The notes: a model not told the origin generated them from the letters alone. 64,000 bases of DNA from an uncultured Caulobacterales bacterium (GCA_964484475.1 CAZAFU010000001.1:142-64141); one strand, 5' to 3'; counted from the first letter of the stretch, positions 1-9,158 are shown. A program made the numbers and translations.

Positions 1-24
1 GACTTCCTTCCACTGCTGCACCAT
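1..24 (-). CDS. 5' end of a CDS running off the left edge (MVQQWKEV...)
   Basis: ATG at 24-22 on the minus strand with GGGAGG about 11 nt upstream; open to the window edge; too short to identify. Confidence 0.45.
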
Positions 25-46
25 TGCGTCCAAGACCTCCCGCCAT

Positions 47-86
47 TTGTCCGGACAATTCTAGGGCAAGGCTGTTGTCCGGTCAA
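47..86. promoter_or_regulatory. Tandem palindromic operator TTGTCCGG(A/T)CAA, GntR/HutC-like
   Basis: Perfect palindrome TTGTCCGGACAA at 47-58 and 1-mismatch copy TTGTCCGGTCAA at 75-86, upstream of the edge gene. Confidence 0.55.
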
Positions 87-355
87 ATGCCGGGTGCATG
101 GGTGGTGCGCCAGATTCGCCTGCTGTGACGGCGCCAGCGGCCTGCGGCCGTTCGCTTCGGGACGATGAAGCACACGACCAGCGGACGGGTGGACTGCCGT
201 CCGACCTGCGTTGGGAGCAACAAGGGTCGTGAAACGGCTGCCGGCTGGAGCTTGCGCCTCTCTTCCATGACGGCCCCATCGGCGCGAGCTCCGGGCGGGC
301 CACCTGAATGGACCGCAGGTCCCGTCGGTTCCGGCGCGGCGGATTGCCCGTGGCT

Positions 356-934
356 TCAGTCCGTGCGCGGGTCTTCGATCACCTGGTTCAGCTCGATGGT
401 GTGACCGTCATTATCGGTCAGGGTCGAAACCATGACGACGATGTCGCCGGCGGGTGAAGGGTAGCGGCGCTCCATTGGCTCGCCGACCACTTCCACGCCC
501 GGCGCAGCGGCAGCCTCGGGAAAGGTCTCCGCAAGGGTTTCGGTGTTGAAGAGGAGTACGATCTCTCCCGGTGTGAAATTGGCCGGATCGGGTGCCGCAA
601 GGTCCTGTTCGGTCTGGTCGAGGAACTGCCAGAGGCCAAGCATCCCGATGAAATCATCGTTCGCCTTGAGGAGGACGAGCCGGGAGCGGTTCTCCCCATC
701 CGCACCGTGGCGGGTGGAAAGGCCCGGAGAGGTCAGCTCCTGATCGTACGCGACAGTCATTCCCAGCGCGTCGCGGTAGAGCGCCAGCGAGGCATCGATA
801 TCGCGCACGATCAGCGTGGTGCGCCGGAGGTCGAGGGGGTTTCTCGTCTCTTCGGTGTCAGTGCCTTCCTGCGCCGCGTCAGTGCCGCAGGCGCCGATGA
901 GAAGAAGAACAAGCCAGAGAAGCCCATTGCGCAT
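356..934 (-). CDS. VOC/glyoxalase family lipoprotein
   Basis: Lipobox LLIGAC; RRTTLIVRDIDASLALYRDALG and DNDGHTIELNQ VOC motifs; last gene of an overlapping operon. Confidence 0.85.
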   Translation of the reverse strand: MRNGLLWLVLLLIGACGTDAAQEGTDTEETRNPLDLRRTTLIVRDIDASLALYRDALGMTVAYDQELTSPGLSTRHGADGENRSRLVLLKANDDFIGMLGLWQFLDQTEQDLAAPDPANFTPGEIVLLFNTETLAETFPEAAAAPGVEVVGEPMERRYPSPAGDIVVMVSTLTDNDGHTIELNQVIEDPRTD

Positions 935-1554
935 CAGTCCGTACCCCCTTCTGCGAGTCTGAAGATATAACCACCGCCCGGCGGGCCCCAGACAAGCCGG
1001 CCCGAAAGATCATACCCCCGGTCCCAGTTCACGTAGGCGTCGGGTGTCCTGAGCGTCCGGGTGTCGACCACCGATCCACCCTTGTAGCCGTTGGGGCAGC
1101 GGGTCCGGCCCTGCCAGTAGCCCTCGCCAACCCTGAGGATGGTTCCCATGCAGACCGCCTCGGTGATCCATGCTTCGTCGAAACCGGCTTCACGTTCCAA
1201 GACCCAGGCACCGACGTCCGAAGAGGCCGCGCGGTCGATGCGGTAGGTGGTGGTATGGACCTCTCCTTCGCCGAGCGGGCGGAGGGCGATCACGACCTGG
1301 AAATAGGGCCGCATCCGGGAGCGCTGGGCAATGTCCGGCGCAGCTTCGGCGCTCTCACCGAAGATCCAGTTCTGCTGCACAAGGCGAACGGCACCATCCT
1401 CGCCGCCGGGAATGCGAACGGTCTCGCTGACGACGTAGTCATAGGCTTCGGACACGGACTGTTCCGCGCTGGACCAGAGCCCGGTCATGGCGTTGGCGAG
1501 TTCCTCCGCGCTTCCCGCCTGAAAGAGGGCGAAGACGAGGACGAGAGAACTCAT
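934..1554 (-). CDS. CpcT/CpeT-family chromophore (bilin) lyase-like protein, probably exported
   Basis: GLWSSAEQ, RPYFQ and C-terminal NWDRGYD..G..VWGP..GGYIF match the CpcT/CpeT pattern; ATG at 1554 overlaps the upstream TGA (ATGA); hydrophobic N-terminus. Confidence 0.75.
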   Translation of the reverse strand: MSSLVLVFALFQAGSAEELANAMTGLWSSAEQSVSEAYDYVVSETVRIPGGEDGAVRLVQQNWIFGESAEAAPDIAQRSRMRPYFQVVIALRPLGEGEVHTTTYRIDRAASSDVGAWVLEREAGFDEAWITEAVCMGTILRVGEGYWQGRTRCPNGYKGGSVVDTRTLRTPDAYVNWDRGYDLSGRLVWGPPGGGYIFRLAEGGTD

Positions 1555-2447
1555 CCGGGCTCGACCTCGGATGCGAAATGCCTGGCAACCTCCTCGCGGG
1601 TGGTGATCCATACGTCGTCATGATGGCGGACGTAATCGAGGAAGTCCCTGAAAGCGCCGATCCTGCCGGGCCGGCCGATGATCCTGAGGTGGAGCCCGAG
1701 GCTCATCATCCGCGCGCCCTCCTCCTTCGCCTCGGCGCGCAGCCAGTCGAAGGTTCCCTTCGCGTAGTCGAGCCACATCCGGGGCGTGAAACTGGGGTCG
1801 AGCCAGAATTTCATGTCGTTCGAATCGATCGCATAGGGAAGGACGACGATCGGTTGCCGGCTGCCGCCCTCTGTCTGCACATGGTCCCAATAGGGGAAGT
1901 CGTCGGAATAGTCGTCCATGTGGTAGAGGTAGCCCTCTTCCGTCACCAGCCTGCGGGTTGCATCGGTATGCAGGTAGCGGGACAGCCAGCCTGCGGGTTT
2001 CCGGCCGCAGGTCTTCTCGATGGATGCTGTTCCCTTGCGGATGAAATCCCGCTCCTGCTCTTCGTCCATGAAGGCGGTGAAAGCCCATTTGTAGCCGTGA
2101 TTACAGGGCTCATCCCCCCTCTGCACGATCGCTTCTGCCAGCCAAGGCGCCTTTTCCAGGGCCTGCCCGCAGACAGTCCAGGTGGCGGGAAGGCCCGCCT
2201 CGTCCAGCAGTTTGAGGACCCGGGGCGCGCCACGGTTGATCCCGTACTGATAGTTCGTCTCGTTGCCATGCATCCTGATCGGCTTCTTCGTCACGACACC
2301 GAGTTCGTCCACGGGCTCGGGACGGGCATCGCCTTCGTCGACCCGGCTCTCGGCACCTTCCTCGACATTCACGACGATGGTGAGAGCCAGACGCTTCCCA
2401 CCGGGCCAGGTGAAACCTTCGGGCGCGGGGTCCTTCGGCATTGCCAT
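1551..2447 (-). CDS. Polysaccharide deacetylase family (PuuE allantoinase-like) amidohydrolase
   Basis: WPGGKRLALTIVVNVEEG, PYAIDSNDMKF and MMSLGLHLRIIGRPGR motifs. Confidence 0.9.
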   Translation of the reverse strand: MAMPKDPAPEGFTWPGGKRLALTIVVNVEEGAESRVDEGDARPEPVDELGVVTKKPIRMHGNETNYQYGINRGAPRVLKLLDEAGLPATWTVCGQALEKAPWLAEAIVQRGDEPCNHGYKWAFTAFMDEEQERDFIRKGTASIEKTCGRKPAGWLSRYLHTDATRRLVTEEGYLYHMDDYSDDFPYWDHVQTEGGSRQPIVVLPYAIDSNDMKFWLDPSFTPRMWLDYAKGTFDWLRAEAKEEGARMMSLGLHLRIIGRPGRIGAFRDFLDYVRHHDDVWITTREEVARHFASEVEPG

Positions 2448-3283
2448 CAGTGAGGTTCCTCGCCGCCGGAAACGTTCATGCTCTCCGCCGTGATGTACTG
2501 CGCCTCGTCGGATGCGAGCCAGGCCACAGCATTTGCGGTATCTTCGGGAAGACCGGGCCGGCCAAGCGGGATGCGGGCCTTCATCGCCTCCATGTACGCC
2601 TCCACCGAGTCTGCGCCGACGACCTTCGAGAAATATTCGTTCTGCCAGGCCCCGAGCCCCGTCGTGACGTGGTTGGGACAGACATTGTTGACGGTGATCT
2701 GGTGCTGGCCGAGCTCGACCGCCGCCGACCTCACGAGACCGACGAGACCATGCTTGGAGCTCGTATAGGCCTGCGCGTGGGGGAAGCCGGACTTGGCCGC
2801 CTGGCTTGCGATGTTGACGATACGTCCGCCCCTGCCCTGTTTGACCATGACTTCGGCAGCGGCTTTCACGCCGAAGAAGGCGCCGGTGAGGTTCACGTCG
2901 ATCACCGCCCGCCAGTCCTTCTCGGTCACCTCGAGAAGCGGCTTCATGATATAGCCGATGCCTGCGTTGTTGACCCAGATATCCAGCGACCCGTGTTCGT
3001 CCTCCGCATGGCGAGCGAGAGCGCGCACCTCTTCGAGGGACCGGACATCGCAGGTTTTCGTGGAGCAGCTGACGCCGAGGTCGCGGATCTCCCCGGCGAT
3101 GGTTTCCATCTCCTCGGTGGTGCCGATGTGCTCCTGCCCGGTTGCGGCGTCCCTGGCCTCGCCGATATCGGAGATGACGATGTTCGCCCCGTCCGCCGCG
3201 AGACGCCTCGCGATCGCTTCGCCGAGCCCCTTCTTCCGGCCAGACCCGGTGATGACGGCGGTCTTGCCCGACAGGTCACCCAT
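2447..3283 (-). CDS. SDR family NAD(P)-dependent oxidoreductase
   Basis: TGSGRKKGLG, NNAG and catalytic YTSSK motifs. Confidence 0.95.
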   Translation of the reverse strand: MGDLSGKTAVITGSGRKKGLGEAIARRLAADGANIVISDIGEARDAATGQEHIGTTEEMETIAGEIRDLGVSCSTKTCDVRSLEEVRALARHAEDEHGSLDIWVNNAGIGYIMKPLLEVTEKDWRAVIDVNLTGAFFGVKAAAEVMVKQGRGGRIVNIASQAAKSGFPHAQAYTSSKHGLVGLVRSAAVELGQHQITVNNVCPNHVTTGLGAWQNEYFSKVVGADSVEAYMEAMKARIPLGRPGLPEDTANAVAWLASDEAQYITAESMNVSGGEEPH

Positions 3284-3597
3284 CAGGCGAGCTCTTCGGT
3301 GAGAACGAAAAAGAGGTCATCGGTCATCGCCTGGAACTCGCCGGCGACTTTCTGCATCGTTTCGCTGCCTACTTCGTCACCGAAGAGATCCATATCCGCA
3401 ACATCGATGATCTCGATATACTGGTAGGGCGGCCTGGCGTCGGAGCCGAGGAGCCCCGCCGACCTGAAGACCTTGAACTGGTCCACCGATTTGAGCCCGT
3501 TCACGGTGGGAAGGTCGGTGGACTTCGCCCAGGTTTCGTAATCGGAGACACTGACCTCCGGTTTCAGATTGAACAGCGCGACGATTTTCGTGCTCAC
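3283..3597 (-). CDS. REDY-like protein HapK (EthD-like dimeric alpha+beta barrel)
   Basis: IVALFNLK..V...DYETWAK..DLPTVNGL and PPYQYIEIIDV pattern; GTG start with AAGGAG RBS. Confidence 0.75.
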   Translation of the reverse strand: MSTKIVALFNLKPEVSVSDYETWAKSTDLPTVNGLKSVDQFKVFRSAGLLGSDARPPYQYIEIIDVADMDLFGDEVGSETMQKVAGEFQAMTDDLFFVLTEELA

Positions 3598-3626
3598 GGA
3601 CCGATCTCCTTGGGCTATTGTTCGTT

Positions 3627-3642
3627 AAATGATATACCATTT
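3627..3642. promoter_or_regulatory. Operator copy 1 (AAATGATATACCATTT), GntR/FadR-like
   Basis: Lies between the divergent hapK-like and methyltransferase genes; exact reverse complement of copy 2. Confidence 0.85.
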
Positions 3643-3700
3643 ATGACGAATGCCTAGCCTGCTCACTGATTTCGGTCAGGATCGAGGACTGGAGAAACCG

Positions 3701-4918
3701 ATGACGGACACCAAGAACGCCCCCCACTATGACGGCCCGCCGGATTACCGGGTGGTCGGCAAGCACGGCGTCTACCCGCAGGTGAGCCATGACGAGGTGG
3801 CGCGCTTCAATTTTCTCGCACAGATGAACCGCCACCTCTCCACACGCGTGATGCCGGGGGTCGCGGAGGCCTTCGAGCACCGCATAGAGCCCGACAGGAC
3901 GAAGGAAGGCGAGCCATTCCGCTCTCGCCACGACGTCCGCAAGGCGCTGATGCGCGACCCGGCATGGCAGTGGTGGTCCGCCCTGCGCCGGGCGACGATG
4001 GAAACCCGGCAACAGGCCGGCCGCTGGGTGACCCTGAGGCAAGCCGAAGAGTTGGCCGATAAGGTGCGTGAACTGACTGACGGTGACGGAAGGCTCGAGC
4101 TCACGCCCGGTTTCAAGCAACCCCGATCCACTGCAGCCATCGACCATCACCTGATGCCCGGAAGCTATCATACGGAGCTTTTCACCGGCGACGTGAGTGG
4201 CGCCGCGAATTACGATGCGGGCATCTTCGCCACCACGGGAGGCATGCTCGGCAAGTACAATGACGGAGGCGGGGTTGCGGTGTCGGAATGGGTCAAGGCG
4301 AACCTTCCGGATTTCGAGCCGAAGAGGATCCTCGATCTTGGCTGCGGCCTCGGCCACAACGTGCTGCCGATCGCGGAGGCGTTCCCCGCGGCGGAGGTGA
4401 TCGGCGTCGATGCCGGCGCGCCGATGCTGCGCTACGGTCTCGCCCGGGCGAAGACGCTCGGCATCGAGAATGTCCGCTTCGTGCAGGGGGATGTCTCCGA
4501 TCTCGCCCGCTTCGGGGACGAGAGCTTCGACTGGATCCAGTCGACCATGTTCCTGCACGAAACCAGCTACAAGCTGATGCCGAAGATCTTTGCGGAGACC
4601 AGGCGCCTCCTCAAACCCGGGGGGATCGTCCTGCACGTGGAGCAGCCGCAATATACCGAGGACATGCCCCTGTTCGAGCAGGCGATGAGGGACTGGGACG
4701 CCTTCTACAACAACGAACCCTTCTGGACGAAGATGCACGAGATCGATCTCGATGCCTGGATGGAGGAAGCGGGTTTCCGCCGGGAAAGCCTGATCCATGG
4801 GGGTGTCGCGGCGGTCGTTGATGCCGAGGTCTTCCCCGAGGCGGCGAAGGACCGGAAGCAGGAGGACTACGGACGCAAGGCGGCCTGGCACGTCATCGGC
4901 GCAAGGAAGGCGGCCTGA
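3701..4918 (+). CDS. Class I SAM-dependent methyltransferase with long N-terminal extension
   Basis: ILDLGCGLG motif I and MFLHE; GGAG RBS before the ATG at 3701. Confidence 0.88.
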   Translation: MTDTKNAPHYDGPPDYRVVGKHGVYPQVSHDEVARFNFLAQMNRHLSTRVMPGVAEAFEHRIEPDRTKEGEPFRSRHDVRKALMRDPAWQWWSALRRATMETRQQAGRWVTLRQAEELADKVRELTDGDGRLELTPGFKQPRSTAAIDHHLMPGSYHTELFTGDVSGAANYDAGIFATTGGMLGKYNDGGGVAVSEWVKANLPDFEPKRILDLGCGLGHNVLPIAEAFPAAEVIGVDAGAPMLRYGLARAKTLGIENVRFVQGDVSDLARFGDESFDWIQSTMFLHETSYKLMPKIFAETRRLLKPGGIVLHVEQPQYTEDMPLFEQAMRDWDAFYNNEPFWTKMHEIDLDAWMEEAGFRRESLIHGGVAAVVDAEVFPEAAKDRKQEDYGRKAAWHVIGARKAA

Positions 4919-4920
4919 CC

Positions 4921-5289
4921 ATGGCAGACGGAAAGGTCGATCCCCTCGCCCTTGCCGGCGCGAAAGCCAAGGGCAAGCGACCATGGTTCTTCGATAATCC
5001 CGATACGGAGCGGGTAATGAACATCACCCTCGCCCTGATGCAGGAAGTGGCGGTGATACGCGAGCGGCTCGACACCGTCGAGCGGCTTCTCGAGCGCGAC
5101 GGCGCGGTTACACGAGAAGCCATCGAGGCCTACGAGCCTTCAAAAGCGGAGGCGGCCGAGCGTGGTCTCCTGCAGCAGGAATTCATCGCCCGTTGCCTGC
5201 GGATCCTGCAACAGGACCGCGAAGCCTTGCGCGAAGGCCGGGAAGCATCGAGCGAGGACGTGGCGGAAGAGTTTTCGCGCACCGACTGA
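4921..5289 (+). CDS. Conserved small helical hypothetical protein
   Basis: Starts 2 nt after the methyltransferase; KAKGKRPWFF...LMQEVAVIRERLDTVERLL. Confidence 0.8.
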   Translation: MADGKVDPLALAGAKAKGKRPWFFDNPDTERVMNITLALMQEVAVIRERLDTVERLLERDGAVTREAIEAYEPSKAEAAERGLLQQEFIARCLRILQQDREALREGREASSEDVAEEFSRTD

Positions 5290-5295
5290 AGCGTC

Positions 5296-6078
5296 TCAGA
5301 ACGTGGGCGCAGCCGGCGCTTCCTCGATCCGGAAAATGTCGTCAGGATACGCCTCACCGATCCTGAAATCGGTCCAGATGGCTTCATTGGCCTTCACGCC
5401 GTCGTAGAAGAGGCGCACCCTTCCCGCCTGCTTCCACGGCGTTCCCTCCTTCTTGAAGAATTCGGAATAGACCCGCTCATGCCAGCCCCGGGGGGTGTCG
5501 AAGCCGACATAGACAATGGCGTCGTCGGACTGGCGGATGCCGAACATCGTCTCGCCACCGGAGGGGTCGGTCAAAGCCACCATGTAAGCCGTCTGCCCAT
5601 CGATCAACCTGTCGGGAAGCCGGTTCTGGCTCCACCCCTCATCGAGGGCGTTGCGGATCGCTCCGTAGCCGAAGTTGGCGCTCCAGACTGCGTTGGCCGA
5701 CTGGTCCGCCATCGGACCATCTTCCGTCGATGTCGTTTCCCCGTCATAGGCGAGAAGCAGGGCAAGTTCACCGTCCGTCCAGGCCTCGATCCGGACCTTG
5801 CCGTTGGCGTTGTGAGCCTCGGTCTTCTCGTCAGCGAAGGCCCGCCACATCGCATAGCGGTCCCACAAGGTCTCCGATCCGTCCGCCCCGCGAATGATGT
5901 TGTAGCCGGTCAGCTTCAGGGTCCCCGGTTTCACGAAGGCCTCCCCGCCCGCGGCGGCATGGGCGCGCTCGATGATCATCCGGGCGGAAAGGTCTTCTTC
6001 GGACTGGACGGCCGCGGGCATCTCGCCACGCTCGGCGATCAGCGGTGGTAGAAGAAGAAGCAGGAGTACCGGCAGCAT
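5296..6078 (-). CDS. Exported hypothetical protein (possibly LolA/lipoprotein-sorting-like fold)
   Basis: Signal peptide; IIERAHAAAGGEAF N-terminal pattern; beta-rich; coupled to the DUF1330 stop. Confidence 0.7.
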   Translation of the reverse strand: MLPVLLLLLLPPLIAERGEMPAAVQSEEDLSARMIIERAHAAAGGEAFVKPGTLKLTGYNIIRGADGSETLWDRYAMWRAFADEKTEAHNANGKVRIEAWTDGELALLLAYDGETTSTEDGPMADQSANAVWSANFGYGAIRNALDEGWSQNRLPDRLIDGQTAYMVALTDPSGGETMFGIRQSDDAIVYVGFDTPRGWHERVYSEFFKKEGTPWKQAGRVRLFYDGVKANEAIWTDFRIGEAYPDDIFRIEEAPAAPTF

Positions 6079-6371
6079 CACGGCGCCTCCACCACCATGA
6101 CATAGGCGTCAGCGAGGGGTTGCCTCAGCTGTTTGAGGTCCTGGTACTCGTTGGAATTCCAGAACCGTTCGATCGCCGCCTTGTCGGGCCATTTCGAGAT
6201 GACGGCACTCATGCCGTCGAACTGCCCCCCTTCAAAGCTTTCCACCCCCGGGGCGCGGAGGACATACTCGCCGCCATGAGCCGCGATGAGTTCCGCCGTC
6301 GGCACGCCATACTCCGAAACGAAGCGCTCCCGGTCATGGATCCTGGCGAAGACGATCATGTATGCGGTCAC
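6078..6371 (-). CDS. DUF1330 domain protein
   Basis: AYMIV...HGGEYVLR...EG...FWNSNEYQ..K..R pattern; GTG start with AGGAG RBS. Confidence 0.88.
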   Translation of the reverse strand: MTAYMIVFARIHDRERFVSEYGVPTAELIAAHGGEYVLRAPGVESFEGGQFDGMSAVISKWPDKAAIERFWNSNEYQDLKQLRQPLADAYVMVVEAP

Positions 6372-6403
6372 GGGCTGAGTCTCCTGTTCGCAGTCGGGCC
6401 GGT

Positions 6404-6419
6404 AAATGGTATATCATTT
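6404..6419. promoter_or_regulatory. Operator copy 2 (AAATGGTATATCATTT)
   Basis: Lies between the divergent DUF1330 and VOC genes. Confidence 0.85.
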
Positions 6420-6451
6420 GCGAGAACAGCCAAGACCGAGGAACACGTCCC

Positions 6452-7339
6452 ATGAAATTGCTGCGCGCAGCCACCGTGACCGTCAGTGATCTCGACCGCT
6501 CCATCGGTCTTTACAGCGAATACCTCAATTACGCCGTCGTCGAGACCGGCGCGGTTTCGTCCGCCCTTGCGCAAGGCTGGGGGGCGCCTGCCAGCGCCGG
6601 CTGCCGGATGGCCGTCATGCAGCCTTCCTCCGGAGCGGAGATCTACCTGCGCTTTGTGGAGCAACCGCCTGTCGAGGGGTTTCGCGCTCTCAGGACCTAT
6701 GGCTGGAACGCCATCGAGATCTGCGTGCAGGACGTCATGGCCGCGAACGAGCGGATGGAAGCCTCGCCTTTCGAAATCATTGGCCCCCCGCGGGAAATCG
6801 AGGGGCTGCCCGCGATCCACCCCATGCAGGTGAAGGGCCCGGACGAGGAGATCGTCTACCTTACCCAGATCAAGGACGACCTGCCCGCCTTCGACCTGCC
6901 ACGGGCGGAAAGCCTGATCGACAAGCTCTTCATCCTGGTGATGGGCTGTTCGGACCTCGATGAGGGACTTGCCTTCATGGAGAAGCGTGCGGGCGTGAGC
7001 TTCGGGCGCGACATGGAAATCGTCTATACGATGCTGGCCAAGGCCTATGGCAGCGATCCGGACGCTCTTCACCGCATCGCGACCATGGTCCACGATCGCG
7101 ATGTCTTTCTCGAACTCGACCAGTATCCCGAAGCCGCAACTCCCCGGCCGAAACATGACGGAATGCTGCCCCCCGGGTGCGCGGTGGGGACGCTCTGGAC
7201 ACCGGACATCCGAGCCCTGCCCGGACCGTGGATGACCGAGCCGGAAACACGGGACAGCGTGATCTACAAAGGACGGCTGGCGGCCACTTTGTCGGGCCCC
7301 GACGGAACCTTGATCGAGATCGTAGAGGGCGAGGCATGA
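6452..7339 (+). CDS. Two-domain VOC family protein
   Basis: ATVTVSDLDRSIGLY, GPDEEIVYLTQI and GPDGTLIEIVE motifs. Confidence 0.85.
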   Translation: MKLLRAATVTVSDLDRSIGLYSEYLNYAVVETGAVSSALAQGWGAPASAGCRMAVMQPSSGAEIYLRFVEQPPVEGFRALRTYGWNAIEICVQDVMAANERMEASPFEIIGPPREIEGLPAIHPMQVKGPDEEIVYLTQIKDDLPAFDLPRAESLIDKLFILVMGCSDLDEGLAFMEKRAGVSFGRDMEIVYTMLAKAYGSDPDALHRIATMVHDRDVFLELDQYPEAATPRPKHDGMLPPGCAVGTLWTPDIRALPGPWMTEPETRDSVIYKGRLAATLSGPDGTLIEIVEGEA

Positions 7340-8349
7340 AACTCGTCACGCCCTGCCGCGCGATCGATCGCAAACCTCAAGCCGAAGACCTCACGGTCAT
7401 CGAAGCGGAAACACCGCCCTGTCCGCCGGCCGGTCTCCTGGTTCGGGTGCTGGAGGTTTCACTCGATCCCTATATCGGTTCGATGCTCCGTGGCCGCCAT
7501 ATGGGCGAGACACCGCCGGCCCCGATGGCTGAAGCCGTTCCCTCGGCGGTGGTGGGCGAAGTCGTGCGCAGCGAAGCTCCCGGCTTCGCCGTCGGTGACC
7601 TGGTCTTCACCATGGCCGGCGCCTGGGCCGAAATCGTCGCGGTCGAAGGGCGTGACGCCCGGCTGGTCCCGAAGACCGATATACCCCCGAGCACCTATCT
7701 CGGCCCACTCGGGATGCCGGGCCTGACGGCATGGGCCGGAGTGACGCAGCTCGCGCGGGTGACCGAGGGCGATGTCTTCCTCGTCGATGCGGCGGCAGGC
7801 CCAGTCGGCGGGACCGCTGGACAGATCGCAAGGATCAGGGGGGCCGAGCGGGTGGTCGGCATCGCGGGGGGCAGGCAGAAGGGCCAGATCGTCACCAATG
7901 CCTACGGCTTCGATGCGGCCGTGGACTATCGCGCCGAGGGTTGGCGCGACAGGCTCGGCGAGGCGCTGCCTGACGGCCTCACCGTCTTTTTTGAAAATGT
8001 CAGTGCGGAGATGGCCATGACGGCTCTCGCCCACGCCCGCCCCTACACGCGCGGTGTCCTCTGCGGGCTGGTGGGGGGCTATCACGGCGAGACCCCGGAG
8101 GGCCATCCGGTCAATGCAGGCATGGTCATCGCGAAGCGCGCCCGGCTCATGGGGCTTGTCGTCTATGACTTCTATCCGCGATGGGACGAGTTCCTCGCCG
8201 AGGTCACGCCCTGGGTCACCGAAGGCAGGCTTTCGATCGAGGAAGACGTAGCGGTGGGTATCGACAGCCTGCCTGCTCATTTCGCGCGGCTGATGAACGG
8301 CGAGAACACGGGCAAGGCACTCGTCCGTTTCGGGGAGGCGCACCTGTGA
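7336..8349 (+). CDS. NADP-dependent MDR oxidoreductase (CurA/prostaglandin reductase-like alkene reductase)
   Basis: SLDPY, LGMPGLTAW, AAAGPVG and GENTGKALV motifs; ATGA coupling. Confidence 0.92.
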   Translation: MKLVTPCRAIDRKPQAEDLTVIEAETPPCPPAGLLVRVLEVSLDPYIGSMLRGRHMGETPPAPMAEAVPSAVVGEVVRSEAPGFAVGDLVFTMAGAWAEIVAVEGRDARLVPKTDIPPSTYLGPLGMPGLTAWAGVTQLARVTEGDVFLVDAAAGPVGGTAGQIARIRGAERVVGIAGGRQKGQIVTNAYGFDAAVDYRAEGWRDRLGEALPDGLTVFFENVSAEMAMTALAHARPYTRGVLCGLVGGYHGETPEGHPVNAGMVIAKRARLMGLVVYDFYPRWDEFLAEVTPWVTEGRLSIEEDVAVGIDSLPAHFARLMNGENTGKALVRFGEAHL

Positions 8350-9155
8350 GCATCTCGACGCGAAAGGGCTATACTGATGGACCCTACGGCCAGATCCACT
8401 ACCGCATGGCGGGCAAGCCGACCTCGAACGTCCCGCTCTTCTGTCTCCACCAGAGCCCCAAGAACTCCCTCGAATTCATCACATTCATGGGCGAGGCCGC
8501 AAAGGACCGGCTGGTGGTGGCGGGCGACTATCCGGGCTACGGCATGTCCGACAGTCCGCCGTCGGAGGAGCTCGCCACGATCGAGACCTACGCTTCGCAC
8601 ATGTGGCGGGTGGCCGACGCCCTACGGCTCGATAGGGTCGATCTCTTCGGCAATCATACAGGTGCGAAGGTCGCGACGGAAATGGCCCGGCAGCAGCCCG
8701 AACGCGTGCGCTCCATCGCCATGGTTTCGGCCGCCCTCCTGACCGACGAGGAACGTGCGAAGTTCGCAGACTACTTCACTCCCATCCCTCTCGACCGCGA
8801 GGGAACCCGGATCAGGGAGAACTGGCGGCGGATCGTGGCCGGGGCGGGCGAAGGCTGGTCCCTCGAGGACATGGACCGTTCCTTCCTCCAGACCCAGATG
8901 GGCGGCGAAGCCTATGAATGGGGACACAGCGCCGCCTTCGCCTTCGGGCCACCGTTCGAGAAAGCGCTTTCCACGCTTCCGCACCGCAAGATCGTCCTCA
9001 ATCCCGCAGACGACCTCCAAACCTGCACGAGGCGGGCGGAGAGCCTGATGACCAATGGCGAAATCATCGAGCTGCCGGACTGGACCTACGGGTTCATGGA
9101 CGTGCACGCGAAGGCGCTGGCGGACCTCCTCCTGCCCAAACTCGACGCAGGCTGA
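8346..9155 (+). CDS. Alpha/beta hydrolase fold protein with atypical nucleophile elbow
   Basis: GQIHYR, LHQSP, DYPGYGMSD, and GNHTG in place of GxSxG; GTGA coupling. Confidence 0.88.
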   Translation: MSISTRKGYTDGPYGQIHYRMAGKPTSNVPLFCLHQSPKNSLEFITFMGEAAKDRLVVAGDYPGYGMSDSPPSEELATIETYASHMWRVADALRLDRVDLFGNHTGAKVATEMARQQPERVRSIAMVSAALLTDEERAKFADYFTPIPLDREGTRIRENWRRIVAGAGEGWSLEDMDRSFLQTQMGGEAYEWGHSAAFAFGPPFEKALSTLPHRKIVLNPADDLQTCTRRAESLMTNGEIIELPDWTYGFMDVHAKALADLLLPKLDAG

Positions 9156-9158
9156 CGG

